The notes under the pieces are model-generated. The model was not told where the DNA came from. It did no database searches and worked only from the letters and a program-made list of their open reading frames with translations. Below are positions 13,361 to 25,676 of a stretch of DNA of 63,272 nucleotides, piece by piece. Numbering within the stretch: the first letter of the stretch is position 1; every line of letters starts with the position of its first letter. The position numbers and the translations under genes were made by a program. The stretch comes from Neophaeotheca triangularis (taxonomy: Eukaryota): contig BAAIJX010000023.1 of assembly GCA_054600435.1 (NCBI GenBank), positions 310,001 through 373,272 on the forward strand, in the 5' to 3' direction.

Positions 13361-14063
13361 TGATAAGAAGTTGCGCAGAACTTACTGGATGTCATTCATG
13401 AACGGGGTCAATTCCCTCTTTTAAAAGTGTGCATGAGGCCTCGTCTTTCACGCGAAGATACGGTCAAAGAGGACCGTCTAATGGAAGGATGCGAACTACC
13501 TTAGAGGTACCTTACATTATTGCCATATGGAGGAGTGGTAACGATGCATGTATTCGGGTGATTGTTAGCCCGTAGGGTTTACTACTGTACAACTGTCGCA
13601 GCAATAGTGCAAATGCTCTCGGTTATATATAGTGGCCATCACGCTTCACATATCATTGCCTAGGAGTTCCGGCGTGATACGTCGACCGGTGAGGTCTGTC
13701 ATCGCTCAAACAAAACCTGCTGTAAGTTCAAGTTGTCACTACTGGTTATTAGGCCAACATACAGTGTACCGACCACGCGACAGCGCCTGGTTGCTTGCCT
13801 TGCGCAGGATGTGTGGCTTCACGACACACCCAGATTATCCAGACCTATCACTAGAGAGAGGATATGCTCAATCGGCCTTGATCAGTCGCGCCAATACGAC
13901 GGTGGGTACTTGGTTTCACACATGCCTGAGCAATTTCAGCCATCGCTCAATTGGCATCAAGACAGCGTGCTAGGCATGGGACGCCAGAGTCCAGGTCTGG
14001 GATCTTGTAAGGAACATGGCCGTCCCGAACGTCCCCGTGGGGTGCGAGTGACCAGTCCCGGCA

Positions 14064-14516
14064 TCACGACGGTTGTTGTTCCTTTATATCGGGAGGTTCG
14101 AGCATCATTAGCGATCCTTCACATGTCGTCAGCTGTGCGGTACTGATTTGTCGCACTCCGCTTGGATGCCGTAGTCGGGGTGTAGTACAGGTGGCTGATG
14201 GCATGGTAGGGGGGAAAGTCTCGTCGAGGGTAACGGTCCGCGTGCTGACGGCCGCGGGCTGGTCATCGTCGAGACTTTGCAACTTCAACAGGCGGATGGA
14301 TGGTCTACCGGTGGGCACAGCGTCGTAGAGCTCGTCACCTTCGGCACTGGGTTGCAGGTGTAGAGGCTGGGGTGTGTTCGGAATAGCATCGTCATTCTTG
14401 TGGCTATCCATGGACGCTATGGATACAACTTTCCTCTTTTTAGGAGCGTGCATGGGACTGTCTTTTCGAGATGGGCCGTCTAAGAACTCACATCTACCCC
14501 GATACGAAGGATGCAA
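14064..14516 (-). pseudogene. Possible remnant of a HET-domain gene N-terminus
   Basis: LYDAVPTGRPSIRLLKLQS...LDETFP continues, after a 1-nt shift in a C6 run (~14209-14214), as PYHAISH. This resembles the HET start IRLL...PxYxALSY. No downstream WIDAICI motif was found. Confidence 0.35.
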
Positions 14517-15020
14517 TTTGCATGGCGAGTGGAGGGGGTTTTATGTAGGTCTTCGGGCGGTCGTTGACCCGTAGCCACCGCGCAACAGGGGCTCTCGGGA
14601 ATCTTCGTATATTGCGTAGCATACCTACCTCAACGACATACTAGTATGCAAGCGTGTCTGAACGATCTTGTACTTGTAATAAATTATGTTCGGTCGCTCT
14701 TGAGCTGCCACAAGTCACAACGAAGGACGAGAAGTCGAAAGGCAGTGGTCCGTGCAGTAGTACTCTTACTGTTCAAGGTTCCTCGTACTCACTCGCGGCA
14801 GAGGAAAGGTCGAAGAACTGTTCTGGTCTTCAACGATGGACCAACAGCCTACACTATAGCTAACGGCGAGCAAAGTACCCCTACTGTTCAATCAGCAAAC
14901 AACCATGTAGGTGCTCACACTTACCTCCGCTCCAAAACTCTGCGACTTTTTCCTTCCCTCCAGCAACACAATCACGGCAGCTCTAGAACCCGCAAGCACT
15001 GTAGACACGATACCGAAACC

Positions 15021-15779
15021 ATGGACGACACAACCTGGACCCCCGTAACCAGCAAAAAACGCAAAACCCCAAACCCCAACACCACGAAACCCCCAACAAC
15101 ACCACCCGTCCCCCAACCCAACCCTATAGACCGCACAGCCACAACAGCCAGCCTCCTGAAAGAATACACCACCCAATCGCGCCGCTGGCTCCACAGCCCG
15201 TGCAAAACCACCGTCCAAACCAACCTCCACACCTTCCTACGCTCCCCAGACCTCCAAATCACAAAAGCCGTAATTCTAGGCTCGGGCAGTTTCTGCCGGG
15301 ACAATCTCAGCTGGCGACGGAAGAGTCTGCTGCAACTAGCTGCTTTTGTGGACATGGCTGGGATTGTCGGGGCGGGAGGAGGAGGGGCGGAGCTCTTCGC
15401 TCAAGAGCCCGAGTACGTGGGTGTGGATTCGCGGCTTTTGGCTGAGTTGGGGGTGAGGGTTGTTCGGCACCCGGCGGCGCAGGAGTTGTTTGATCGCGGG
15501 GCTTTTGTTTTTGCGCCGTTTTTGGAGTTGGGGTTGGGGGTTGATAGTGAGGCTTTTTTGAGGCGGGTCGGCTGTTATGTGGGCAATTGTTTGTGTGAGG
15601 CTACTGGGCCGATGTTGGAGAAGGTGGAGGTGGGGGTCAGGGAGAAGGGGAAGAGGGCGGAGGTTGCTATGCGGGGGTATGCGAGGAGGGATTTCCCGTG
15701 GTTTGAGGATGAGCCGGCTGCGTTTGCTGGGTTGAAGCTGTATTTTCGGGATGATGATTATGAGGAGGATCACACGTAA
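15021..15779 (+). CDS. SRR1-domain protein
   Basis: MDDTTWTPVTSKKRK start; ITKAVILGSGSF...SLLQLAAF...FAQEPEY...D, the fungal SRR1 pattern. Confidence 0.7.
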   Translation: MDDTTWTPVTSKKRKTPNPNTTKPPTTPPVPQPNPIDRTATTASLLKEYTTQSRRWLHSPCKTTVQTNLHTFLRSPDLQITKAVILGSGSFCRDNLSWRRKSLLQLAAFVDMAGIVGAGGGGAELFAQEPEYVGVDSRLLAELGVRVVRHPAAQELFDRGAFVFAPFLELGLGVDSEAFLRRVGCYVGNCLCEATGPMLEKVEVGVREKGKRAEVAMRGYARRDFPWFEDEPAAFAGLKLYFRDDDYEEDHT

Positions 15780-15875
15780 GGGGGACAGTACGGGGAGATG
15801 ACACCGGGGATTTTCGATCGCGACGGAAGTACACAAGTACCGCGAGCATGAAATGTTGTCAGACTACCGAGCCGG

Positions 15876-16581
15876 CTACTTGATGTCGCTGCTCTGCACA
15901 ATGGTGCCAAAAGCATCGCCCAACTCCTTCATGACCATCTTGGTCACCTCTTCGCCCGAAGCGCCGGGGATGTCCCTATCACCAACACAATCCTCGGCAA
16001 CCACAACATCGTAGCCGAAACGCGCGGCATCGCGAGCGGTAGTCGAGACGCAGACGTGGGCCTGTACGACGGGGAGAAAGAGTCAGCTCAACAAGCTCCT
16101 CACAGCAACAACAACAACAACCCCAACGCCACAGCATGCCAAACCCTCAGTAGCAGCCATTGATGGCAAAAAAAAAGGACAAGAAACTCACCATGTACCC
16201 CACCAGCACAACCTTCTTCACCCCCTCCCCCTTCAAATACCCATCCAACTCGGTCTCGGCAAAAGAACTCGGATGCATCTTCCCAATCACCTTCTCCCCC
16301 GGCTTCGCCTCCAACTCGCGATAACTCTCGGCCAGCTCCGTGCCCGGCGTGAAAATCGGCGCTCCTTCCGGCACCACATGGTTGATGTGCACGACTTTGC
16401 CGTTGGCCGAGCGGTACTTTTCCAGCAGCGCCGAGATCGTCTTGCGCGTTTGTGAGTGGTTGCTCACGGCCAGTTTGCCTTGGGCGTATTCGTTTTGCGC
16501 GTCGATGATTATTAGCGTGCTGTCGGTTGGCGAGGCTGTCGAGGGCGGCATGCCGAGCATTTGGCGGAAGGATTGGGCCAT
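15876..16581 (-). CDS. Isochorismatase-family cysteine hydrolase, 2 exons
   Basis: [17 protein letters not shown]; spliced [36 protein letters not shown] at 15876-15878. Confidence 0.9.
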
Positions 16582-17553
16582 TTTTGGGAGGTTCTTGTTA
16601 TTTTGGTTGTGGTGGTTCGATTGGCTGGCTGGGATTGTTGGCTTGCTGCGGTTTTGGGGGATACTGAGCTTTGAGGTGGAGGTTTTTTGTCGAAGAGAAA
16701 GGAAAGGAAAAGAAGGGGAAGCTAGGAGAGCGTAGGTGTAGTTAATAAGTTGGTTAGATACCTAAGGTACCTACTTGAGACTTGTTGCTAGAGTAATCTA
16801 TGACCCTCCCCCGGCAGTTAGGTAGTTAGTTAGTTAGCTTATAGATCACAGGGCCTGATCAATCGAACAATAATGTTCCAGAACAGTCACTTTGACCGCT
16901 GGCGGAACAATGAGGTAGCTAGGTAAGGTAGTAGTTAGCTGGAGCTCTCCACCCCGATTGCCCCGCAGCAATGTACGTACGTATGGTACATTAGGTAGAA
17001 TGTGGCGGGGCCGCGGGGGCAGCTTTCTACCTAAACAAGCCAACCTACCTCATACTCTGCCGAGGTCTTTGGAAACCCACCAGTGAAACTGCAACCCCCC
17101 GACCTCATATCCAGAGTCAAGTCTGAGAATCGTGTCGCTTTTGGAATACTGGAATACTGATCTTGCTGAGCTTTTGTTTCTACTCTTCCACAATTACTCC
17201 ATGATGGGATGGCGTGCCCTTTGTGGGTGAGGATGTGTGAAGGAGGATGATGATAATTCGATCGGCGGGCGGTGTTGAAGCTGCTCTGTCGGAGGAGTAG
17301 TGGACGCCTTGTTAGCATTGGCTGCCGTCTTTAGGACAGGCGGGTAGGGGTTGATAGGTAGGCTTGGTGCTGGGTTGGTAAGGCGTCTGGATGGAGATCA
17401 GGCACTGTGATTATGGTTTGTAGCTGGAGGGTGCCTCGAGGGGGGGTTTCTTTTTTGGGCTCTCTTGGAAAGCTACATCCACTTAGCCCGTCCACTCCTT
17501 CGCAATCCACTAGATCAGAAGATGAGAGAACTGCTCCCTCCTCTCCTCCAATC

Positions 17554-19728
17554 TCACTCCCCCGACTCGCCCTCCTCAAACTCGACCAACCCAACCCCCG
17601 CCCTAACCATTTCTCCAACCCCATGCACAACCCTCCTCACCTTCGCATCCGCCGGCGCCCGAATCACAGTCTCCATCTTCATGCTCTCGACGACAACGAG
17701 CGCCTGGTTCTTCTTGACGCCTTGCCCAGCTTCCACTTCCACCCTCAAGACTTTGCACGGCATGGGCGCCAATACGGAGTTTGCGACTTCCTTTAGGCCG
17801 AGAGCTTTTTCCGCCCATGTCGGGGTGGGCAGGTGGAAGCGCTGCAGTCGGCCGTGTGTGAAGAGGGTGAGGTGGGTGGAGGGATCGGATGGGGAGGGGG
17901 AGGGGGTTGGGATGATGGTGCTGGTGAGGCGCGTGTGGGGGAAGTAGGTTGTGAGGGTCTTGGACGAGGGGGTGTAGGTTGCGGTTAGCGACGGGAAGAG
18001 AGGGGAGTCGTTGATGGTCAGAGTGTAGGTGTGGGGGGAGGTTTTGAGGACGGTGATTTTGCTCGACGGGGCGGTTTTTTGGGTTTGCGGGTCCGAGGTT
18101 GTGGTGCTGAGGTTGAAGGAGCGTGGTTGCAGCGTGTTGCCGAATCCGATGGTTTGGAGGGCTTGAGGGGGTTGATTGGGGTTGTGGGGGTTTTGGGCTT
18201 GTTCGTGCTCGTATAGGCCTATGGCTGCTTGGGCCCAGATTTCCGGGGTTGTGAGTTCTTCGGCGAAGAGTTCGTCGCGGTGCTTTTCAATGTAGCCGGT
18301 TTCGACTTCGCCGGCGATGAAGGCTGGGCTGTCGCAGCAGCGTTTGAGGAATTCAATGTTCGTAATGGGTCCGGCGACTTCGTATTGTTCGAGGGCGACT
18401 CGGAGCTTTTGTAGAGCTGATTTTCGATCCGGTGCCGAGACGATGAGTTTGGCTATCATTGGGTCGTAGTGGCTGCTGACCTCGTCTCCTTCGACGAAGC
18501 CTGCGTCGATGCGTACGCTTTCGGTCTCCGGCGGTGTTCGTAGGTGGAGTAATTTGCCAGTCGAAGGTATGAAGTTCATGCTGGGATCCTCGGCGTAAAT
18601 TCTAGCCTCTATAGCATGGCCTCGTGCTTTGATCTGATCATGAATCTCCTCTTGCGTCAAGGGCAACTTGCCGCCCTCCGCTACTATAATCTGCCACCTC
18701 ACAAGATCCTCCCCAGTAACCATCTCGCTGACTGGGTGCTCGACCTGCAATCTGGTGTTCATCTCCATGAAAAAGAACTCTCCCGTCTCGTTGTCAAAGA
18801 TGAACTCCACAGTACCAGCACCCTCATACCCAACAGCGAGAGCAGCCTGTCGGGCCTTCTCCCACAGATCCTGCCGCACATCCTCAGAAAGATTAGGCGC
18901 GGGTGATTCTTCCAGAATCTTCTGATGCCTTCGTTGAATACTGCAATCTCTCTCACCAAGAGCAACACAGTTCCCATGCTTGTCTGCAAAAACTTGCACT
19001 TCAATGTGTCTAGGCGTGGTGATGTACTTCTCCACCAGCATAACATCGTCGCCAAAACTTGATCGCGCTTCGGATTTGGCCGATTCCAATTGCTGCTGGA
19101 ATTCATCCGCCGTACGAGCGATTCGCATACCTTTGCCTCCGCCTCCCTTGACAGCTTTAAGGAGGACTGGGAATCCAATCTTCTCTGCTTCAGAAGCTAG
19201 ATGCTTCGGATCCTGCTCGGAGCCGTGGTAACCTGGAATACAAGGGACACCAGCGTCGGTCATGATTTCCTTGGAACGGCTTTTATCGCCCATGGCCTCA
19301 ATGGCCTGGTGAGGCGGCCCGATAAAGCGGACACCCGCATCTGTGCAGGCTTTGGCGAAGGCCGCATTCTCGCTGAGGAAACCGTAACCCGGGTGAATAG
19401 CCTGACAGCCTTGTTCTTTGGCTACTTGGATGATGCGTTCGCCGTTGAGGTACTGGTCCGTACTGCCGAGGTTAATGGCGAAAGGGGAGCTGAGGGCGTG
19501 TTGGCTGAGACGGTCCGGGTCTGTGTAAAGAGTAGTGGTTCGGATACCGTATTGAGAGGCTGTTCGCCCTACTCGAAGAGCTATTTCGCCTCTGTTGGCG
19601 ATCAGAATTGATCGTAATGGATCGAGTTGGGCTGTTTGAGTTGCATTGGCTGTGCTGTTCCATCTCCGAGCTGTCTTGGGGAGAGTTGAGCCGGTGGCTC
19701 GGAGTACGCGAAGACGTGAAGCCGACAT
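17554..19728 (-). CDS. mccA: 3-methylcrotonyl-CoA carboxylase alpha (biotin) subunit, mitochondrial
   Basis: Presequence-like start; ILIANRGEIA, HPGYGFLSEN, ERDCSIQRRHQK, EMNTRLQVEHP; biotinyl ESMKME. Confidence 0.9.
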   Translation of the reverse strand: MSASRLRVLRATGSTLPKTARRWNSTANATQTAQLDPLRSILIANRGEIALRVGRTASQYGIRTTTLYTDPDRLSQHALSSPFAINLGSTDQYLNGERIIQVAKEQGCQAIHPGYGFLSENAAFAKACTDAGVRFIGPPHQAIEAMGDKSRSKEIMTDAGVPCIPGYHGSEQDPKHLASEAEKIGFPVLLKAVKGGGGKGMRIARTADEFQQQLESAKSEARSSFGDDVMLVEKYITTPRHIEVQVFADKHGNCVALGERDCSIQRRHQKILEESPAPNLSEDVRQDLWEKARQAALAVGYEGAGTVEFIFDNETGEFFFMEMNTRLQVEHPVSEMVTGEDLVRWQIIVAEGGKLPLTQEEIHDQIKARGHAIEARIYAEDPSMNFIPSTGKLLHLRTPPETESVRIDAGFVEGDEVSSHYDPMIAKLIVSAPDRKSALQKLRVALEQYEVAGPITNIEFLKRCCDSPAFIAGEVETGYIEKHRDELFAEELTTPEIWAQAAIGLYEHEQAQNPHNPNQPPQALQTIGFGNTLQPRSFNLSTTTSDPQTQKTAPSSKITVLKTSPHTYTLTINDSPLFPSLTATYTPSSKTLTTYFPHTRLTSTIIPTPSPSPSDPSTHLTLFTHGRLQRFHLPTPTWAEKALGLKEVANSVLAPMPCKVLRVEVEAGQGVKKNQALVVVESMKMETVIRAPADAKVRRVVHGVGEMVRAGVGLVEFEEGESGE

Positions 19729-20666
19729 GGTTGTTTGATATGCCTGCCCTACTCGAGGCTACTGTTACGCTGTCATGACAGAAATTGCTCAATATCAGAG
19801 CAGACAGCAGATAGCAGAGGGAGACTGCCAGGACAATTGGGAGAGGGAGAGACAGAGGGAGGAGGTCGATAAGGTAGGTATACCTTGGAGGGAGTTAAAG
19901 CCGAAAGTAAGCGTGGAGAAGCGCGGGGCAAAAAACAAACGAGAGAACTGCCCAAGTCCAAGGTCGGGCCAAGCCAGAAATTTACTACCTCGAACGCGTA
20001 TAGGTAAGGCACAGTACGCGTCTTCCCAACTCGGCATTGACGGTGAGGTTTCCAAGAGTTGCATGCCTTCCTAATCCGGACAACCGCGCATTTTCTCTCG
20101 AATCAAGACCGACTGTCATCGACTACCTTCTTCTACTCTGGCATCTACATCTGCAGGGAACCCGTCTTGTTCAGTCCCCCGCCTGCACACACCTTTGAGT
20201 ACATGCGTAGATGTACTGTAAAGCGCCTTGGTATATACAATATACATGCATGCGCTGTAGAGACGCATCCTAGGCGCTGACCGGACAAGACTCTCACACA
20301 ACAACATCCTGTCGTATTCCAAGACATCGATATTATTACAACACACAGCCTTACCTTACCTTGTTGTTGCCTCTTGCTGCAAGCGTTGCTACTGTCCTTG
20401 TTCAGCTCCGAGGAAAAGACAGGCAGGCACCAGCTAGCATACCTACAGATTTGTTTACCAGTACTCAGAGCTTTCTGGTACAAGACAATCTTTTCGAACC
20501 AACTCTCCGGACATCAACGCAAACACTTTACTGCTACCAAGCCGCCCGCCCGGGAAACAAGCAGCCACCCGCGTCGCAACCTGCTTGCCGGACCGAACCA
20601 TTTGCCTCAGTACATACACACCATAGACTACGCCGTCTTTCTCCTGTAGCCACGACATCAGCAGCC

Positions 20667-22775
20667 ATGGCGGACGAATTCGAAGTCGACTACGGCTACG
20701 ACGATGACTTCTACGACTGGGACGACGACTACATCTACGTCGAAGATCCCTATAGCATAGCGGTAGGTAGTACCCTCTGATGCATCGATGGTCGGGGCAA
20801 CGGCTGGGTGCAGCACCGTCGAGGTTACACCGGCCTCAGACACTAGGAGAGTGGAGACTGGAGAGTCCCCAGAGCTGCGGCCTTGCGAGCCCAATACCAA
20901 ACAGAAGAAATTCAAGACCAGCTTTGCTAACATATAACCGTCATTTGACAGGACGAACTCGCCGAATCGCAAATCCCTGACCCCGGCTACAGCGGCGTCA
21001 ACGATGAGATCGCCATGGAGACTTTCGATTTCGATCCGTACGACTATCACATGGATACTGAGTATGGAGGGGACAGCTACTGGGATAGCAATATGCATCA
21101 CTTGGCCAGCATGCGGGAAGAAAAACGAAAGAGGGTGTGGGAGCAGCAACAGCAACAGCAAGTGGGCCGAGTGAATGGGAAGGAGAGGCAGGAGATGGAG
21201 ACGGGGATACCGAATGTGGTGTTTCGGTCTTTGGGAGAGAGGTTGAGGAGAGCTTTGTATGCGGAGGAGGCTGCGCAGGCTGAGAGGGGCAAGGGTTTTG
21301 CATTGTTGCCGGACTGGAGGCAGAGGTTTAAAGGTGTCGAGGCCCCGGCGGCGGTCAAGGAGATGCCGGCTGAGATGCGCAAGGCGGCTTTGGCGGATGG
21401 GGAGGAATCGCCGCCGCACAAGGAGACCAAAAGGAAGAGCAAGACGAAAGCGGTTGCTGTGAAGAGGGTGGAGGAAGAAGATGAGTGGGAGGATGACGAT
21501 GATGAGGCGATGGGTGATGTGGAAGAGGGAGGGGCTGAAGGCGGGATCGCGTTGGATCCTGAAATGCTCAAGGCTGTGCTGAAGCAGAGACTTGGAGAGG
21601 CTGGCTTGGATGGGCTGGACGAGGCGACGTTCATGCAGTCGATCACAAAGATGTTATCGGGTGAAGGTGGTGGCGCGGACGGGGCTGCTGGCGAACTTGC
21701 TCAGACTCTGCTTGGTAAGGCCGGTGACGATCAAGCATTATCGGGATGGTTGTCAGGGCAAGGCGTCTCACTAGGAGCGAGCGATGAGGGCGACGAGGAG
21801 TCATTGATTGACGATGAGCCGGCCTCGGGCGGAAAGCAGAACGTCGCGGACAAGGGGACGCCTGTCGATATTGCCGCCGCGTCCTCCTCAACCAAGGCCC
21901 CAATCGCTGTGCGCAAGTTGAGTGCGGTTGTGATACGCGTGGCTTCAGCACAGAGTCCCTCGAAGAAGCGTCCAGCGTCCGCTATAGCCGGCGACAATGG
22001 AAAAGCGAAGAAGCGCAAGACCGTGACTTTCGATGACGGTGAGAGGGAAACGGATGGCTCAGCGGGTGAAGGCACAGGAGAAAGTGTCCGGGATGAAACG
22101 ACCGCAAATGCCACCGAGGTCGAACCATCGCAAGCGGAGGAAACCTCCGAATCAAAGCCAATGCAAGACCCCAAAGCGACAAAAGCTACCGCTTCCACTC
22201 CCGCATCCGTATCTGCGACCTCCAAACCGACTTCTGCCGCCACGACAATAACGAGAGCAACCAAGACGACTCGCGCGCACCCAGGACCGAAGACAACAGA
22301 CCCTCAGACTAGAACCAAGCAAAACATCAGCAGCAACACCATACTCAAACTCTCGGCAAATTCCGAAATTGCCACAAGCGCTCGTTCCAAACCACCTCCA
22401 GCAGAACCCATAGCCACCCAAGCCAGTAACAACAAGCGCAAGCGTGGCGGACCTGACGACGAACCAGAAACCGAGATTTCTGCCTCCGCGCCACCGAACA
22501 AGAAGTTTGTGACTTCCTCTTCTTCCGGCCGTAACAAGACGGTTGAAACGACTAGAGCTAAGAAGGACGGGGTTGAGAAGGCTGAGGCTACGAATGAAGA
22601 AGCCGACGGTCCAAGGGCGACGATGGCCACGAGGAATTCCGCTGCTAGGGGCGGGGGAACGAAGGGTGGTAGTGGTAGTAGCGCTAGTAGTGGAAGTGGC
22701 AGTGTCGGCGGTGCAAAGGGACGCGATAGTGTAAAGGGTAAGGGTAAGGACACGGGTAAACCTGCCTGGCGGTAG
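20667..22775 (+). CDS. Hypothetical low-complexity protein (Asp/Tyr-rich N-terminus, basic C-terminus), 2 exons
   Basis: Exon 1 MADEFEVDYGYDDDFY...; intron 20763-20951 joins in frame to DELAESQIPDPG and the 586-aa ORF. Confidence 0.7.
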
Positions 22776-23513
22776 GAAGGGAGGGCGTTAGTCAGAACTC
22801 TGGTGAATGGGGACTGGTGACTGGGAGTCTTCGATGGAGCAATATTGGGAAGGGAGTCAAGGATGGAGAATGGTGGATACAGGGGGGTGCTGGGTGAGTA
22901 GGCGCCGAAGGCGATTTTGGGCGGCCACATCGGTTCTGCCGCTGGCTTGCAGTGTGCAGATTGTGTACAGCGGGATTGCTCGGCTACTTGTGGCACCGCA
23001 TCCCCCCTTTCCTGATCGAACTGATTTGATGAAACTCGATCCTTGTCCTCGTCCTCGTTGCGTAGGTTGGTATTCATCGGGGGGAACGGTAGCTGTCTTT
23101 CGTCTTGGCCACTGCTTTGAATAAACTCTGTCGAGTCTCTGCCTCTCTGCTCCTACCCTCCATTCCCTTTTTGACGACTGACCCGCCTGGACCCGGTAGA
23201 GCTTGGACAACGATATCTGTCGGGCTGTGAAACCCTGATCCTAGAGTACAAGGCCCTAGACATACTTTGCGCTCACTACTAGCACCCCATAAAGCATTTG
23301 CCCTTTGCAAGAAACCAAGGTACCCTTGCGATCACACGCCATGCTCGAACATTTAGCGCTGCCTGCAATGCGAGCAAAGTCTTCGCGCATCACCAGCAAT
23401 GAGACGAATATAGTTTCACCAAATTCAGAAGTTCCTATCTTTATACCCTACATAATTGTACAGACCTGGAAAAGCAAGAGAAAATGCCAGCCACTCTCAC
23501 ACGGCTCGATACC

Positions 23514-25676
23514 CTAATCCCCAAACCCCACAAACTCCTCCTCCTCCTCGCCATCAACCCCGACGCTATCCGGCCCCTCATTTTCCCCCTCGTCACTGTC
23601 ATCCTCACCCTCCCCATCATCAACCACCTCCACCCCACCCACGAAATCCCACCTCTCCCCTCTAGCAGCAGCGGAAACATACTTGACAAACTTCAAAGTG
23701 CCCCGATCCCTCAAGACCACCGACAGCGAATTCCAATTCGCCGGGTTCGAGAACAAGACCCCGTCGTCTTCGGCTTCTTCGCCTTCTTTGGCCGCTTGGT
23801 AGACGGCAGGGTCGGCTTTGGCTTTCTTGGACTTGGTTTTGTTTTTCGGCTGGTGGTGCGCGGGGGCGCGGTTGCCGGCGCCCGTGGCTGAGGAAGAGGC
23901 CGGTTTGGCCGCGGCGGGGATTTCGAGGTCGTGCGAGGTTTGCGACGAGGTGTCGGCGTCGGAGTCGGAGTCGGAGTCCGGGTCGTCGCCCGCCATGTAG
24001 AGTTCGTAGCCGCCGACGTTGTCCTCCTCGTCTTCTTCTTCTTCTTCCGCTGCTGCGACCGCTGCTTCGGCGTCGGCGTCGGCGTCAGGTTTCGGTTTGG
24101 AAGCTGTTCCGCTTTCGCCGTTTGCGTCGTCGTTGTTGGGTTGCTCGCCGGCCTCGGCCGCGTCGGCGTTTGCGTCTTCGTCGTCACCGGCTCCCCAGCC
24201 CTTGCTAGGCGTAACGCACAGCGTGTACTCGACTTGCGCCTCTTTGCCCTCATAGCCCGTCGCGAGCTGGTAATCGAGTCCCTGGCGGAATTTCCTGGCC
24301 ATGATGGCGGAGTGCTTGAGCGTCAGGCCTGTGACAAGGCTGAGCCATTTGCGGAAAGCAAGGGAAGGGAGTAGGAGGTTTAGTATAGCTTGGAAAGGGT
24401 TTTCATCTACGGATGTAGTCGCGGTGGAACTGGGTTGGAGGTACTGGTAGCGGTGTTTGTGCGGGGGCCGGGAGGTTCGCCATTCGCCGGTTGAGGGGGT
24501 GGTCGTTTCGAGTTGCTCGCGAAGGCGGGGGGCGAGCTTTTTCGAGAGGAAATTTGTCAGCTGTACTGTGCTCTCTTCTGTAAAGAGGTCGTTGAGCTCT
24601 TCGACGGTGTCCGGTGTTAGGTAGTTGGGTGTCATGAATTGGAGGAGGAACTGCAGGTCTTGTTCTGAGAGCTCGATGTCTTCATCATCGTCGCCTTGGT
24701 TTGTCCCGGAGGGTTGATGCCCGCTTTGGGCTTCTTCGGGATCAGTCCATTGAGGTTGCGGGAGGTCGAATTGGTCGGCTTTGCCTTGGAGTTGCTGTAG
24801 GGAGCTCTTCTCCGCTAGCTTCTCTTCCAAGCCCGGCTCAAAACCCTCCTCACCTTCTTGCGGGATATGAAACCATCCGCTGATAGCCATTCGCACCCTC
24901 CCGCCATCGTCCTCCTCGACACCCTCGGGGCGCTTGTAGACTTCCTCAACGTCGTGGAAACTTTCACCCGGCTGGACGGCGAAGAAACTGAGCTGGTTCC
25001 ACGCAGGCGGGATGACCTTGCTCCATTCTGGTCTCGGGACCTTGAAAACCTTGCCACCATTGGCGACGTCGTCTTTCATCTCGTCGGTGGGGTACAAACG
25101 TAAAGCGCCACCCCAATCGGCTTTCCATGGCTTATCCGGGTCGGTGAGGTATAGGATGTAGCTCACACGCCTACTACCAATGACATCGTCATGGCACAGC
25201 AAATGGCAGCCCGGAGCGTAGACGTTCACAGCCATGTCGGTTTTGGAGCCCGACAGTGGACCCGCGCCGGAGACTTGCGAGATCCATGCTCGGAATTGCT
25301 GGCTGTAGAGCGTGTCACGGAGAGTGAGCAGAGAGGGAAGTTTCTGCAATGCTGAAGCCGGTAGTCCAGATAGGTTTGCGAGATCGCCGGATTGATGAAT
25401 TTTGTAGATGTCGGTTTCTTTGGGGGTGAAGTGGATGTTCTCGAGGATTTCCGAGCGGACATTGCGGAGGAGCTTGTCGTTGATCAAGTCCCGGACCACT
25501 GCATGTTTGTAGGGTTTGGAGTCGGCGTATTCGGTGGTGTAGGCTTTGAGGGTTTTGGTGTCGAAGACATTTTCCCCAAAGTTGCCGTGGACGACGCTGT
25601 TGGAGTCTGTGGCGGGTTTCTTGTTGGCGCCGTAGGTCGTCTTGGAGCCATTTTGGGCCTCGGCCTTGCGTTTCAT
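23514..25676 (-). CDS. TPA1: Prolyl 3,4-dihydroxylase Tpa1/Ofd1
   Basis: HFTPKETDIYKIHQSGDLAN; LLCHDDVIGSRRVSYILYL; SFHDVEEV; RMAISGWFH; Ofd1 C-terminal LSVVLRDRGTLKFVKYVS. Confidence 0.93.
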   Translation of the reverse strand: MKRKAEAQNGSKTTYGANKKPATDSNSVVHGNFGENVFDTKTLKAYTTEYADSKPYKHAVVRDLINDKLLRNVRSEILENIHFTPKETDIYKIHQSGDLANLSGLPASALQKLPSLLTLRDTLYSQQFRAWISQVSGAGPLSGSKTDMAVNVYAPGCHLLCHDDVIGSRRVSYILYLTDPDKPWKADWGGALRLYPTDEMKDDVANGGKVFKVPRPEWSKVIPPAWNQLSFFAVQPGESFHDVEEVYKRPEGVEEDDGGRVRMAISGWFHIPQEGEEGFEPGLEEKLAEKSSLQQLQGKADQFDLPQPQWTDPEEAQSGHQPSGTNQGDDDEDIELSEQDLQFLLQFMTPNYLTPDTVEELNDLFTEESTVQLTNFLSKKLAPRLREQLETTTPSTGEWRTSRPPHKHRYQYLQPSSTATTSVDENPFQAILNLLLPSLAFRKWLSLVTGLTLKHSAIMARKFRQGLDYQLATGYEGKEAQVEYTLCVTPSKGWGAGDDEDANADAAEAGEQPNNDDANGESGTASKPKPDADADAEAAVAAAEEEEEDEEDNVGGYELYMAGDDPDSDSDSDADTSSQTSHDLEIPAAAKPASSSATGAGNRAPAHHQPKNKTKSKKAKADPAVYQAAKEGEEAEDDGVLFSNPANWNSLSVVLRDRGTLKFVKYVSAAARGERWDFVGGVEVVDDGEGEDDSDEGENEGPDSVGVDGEEEEEFVGFGD

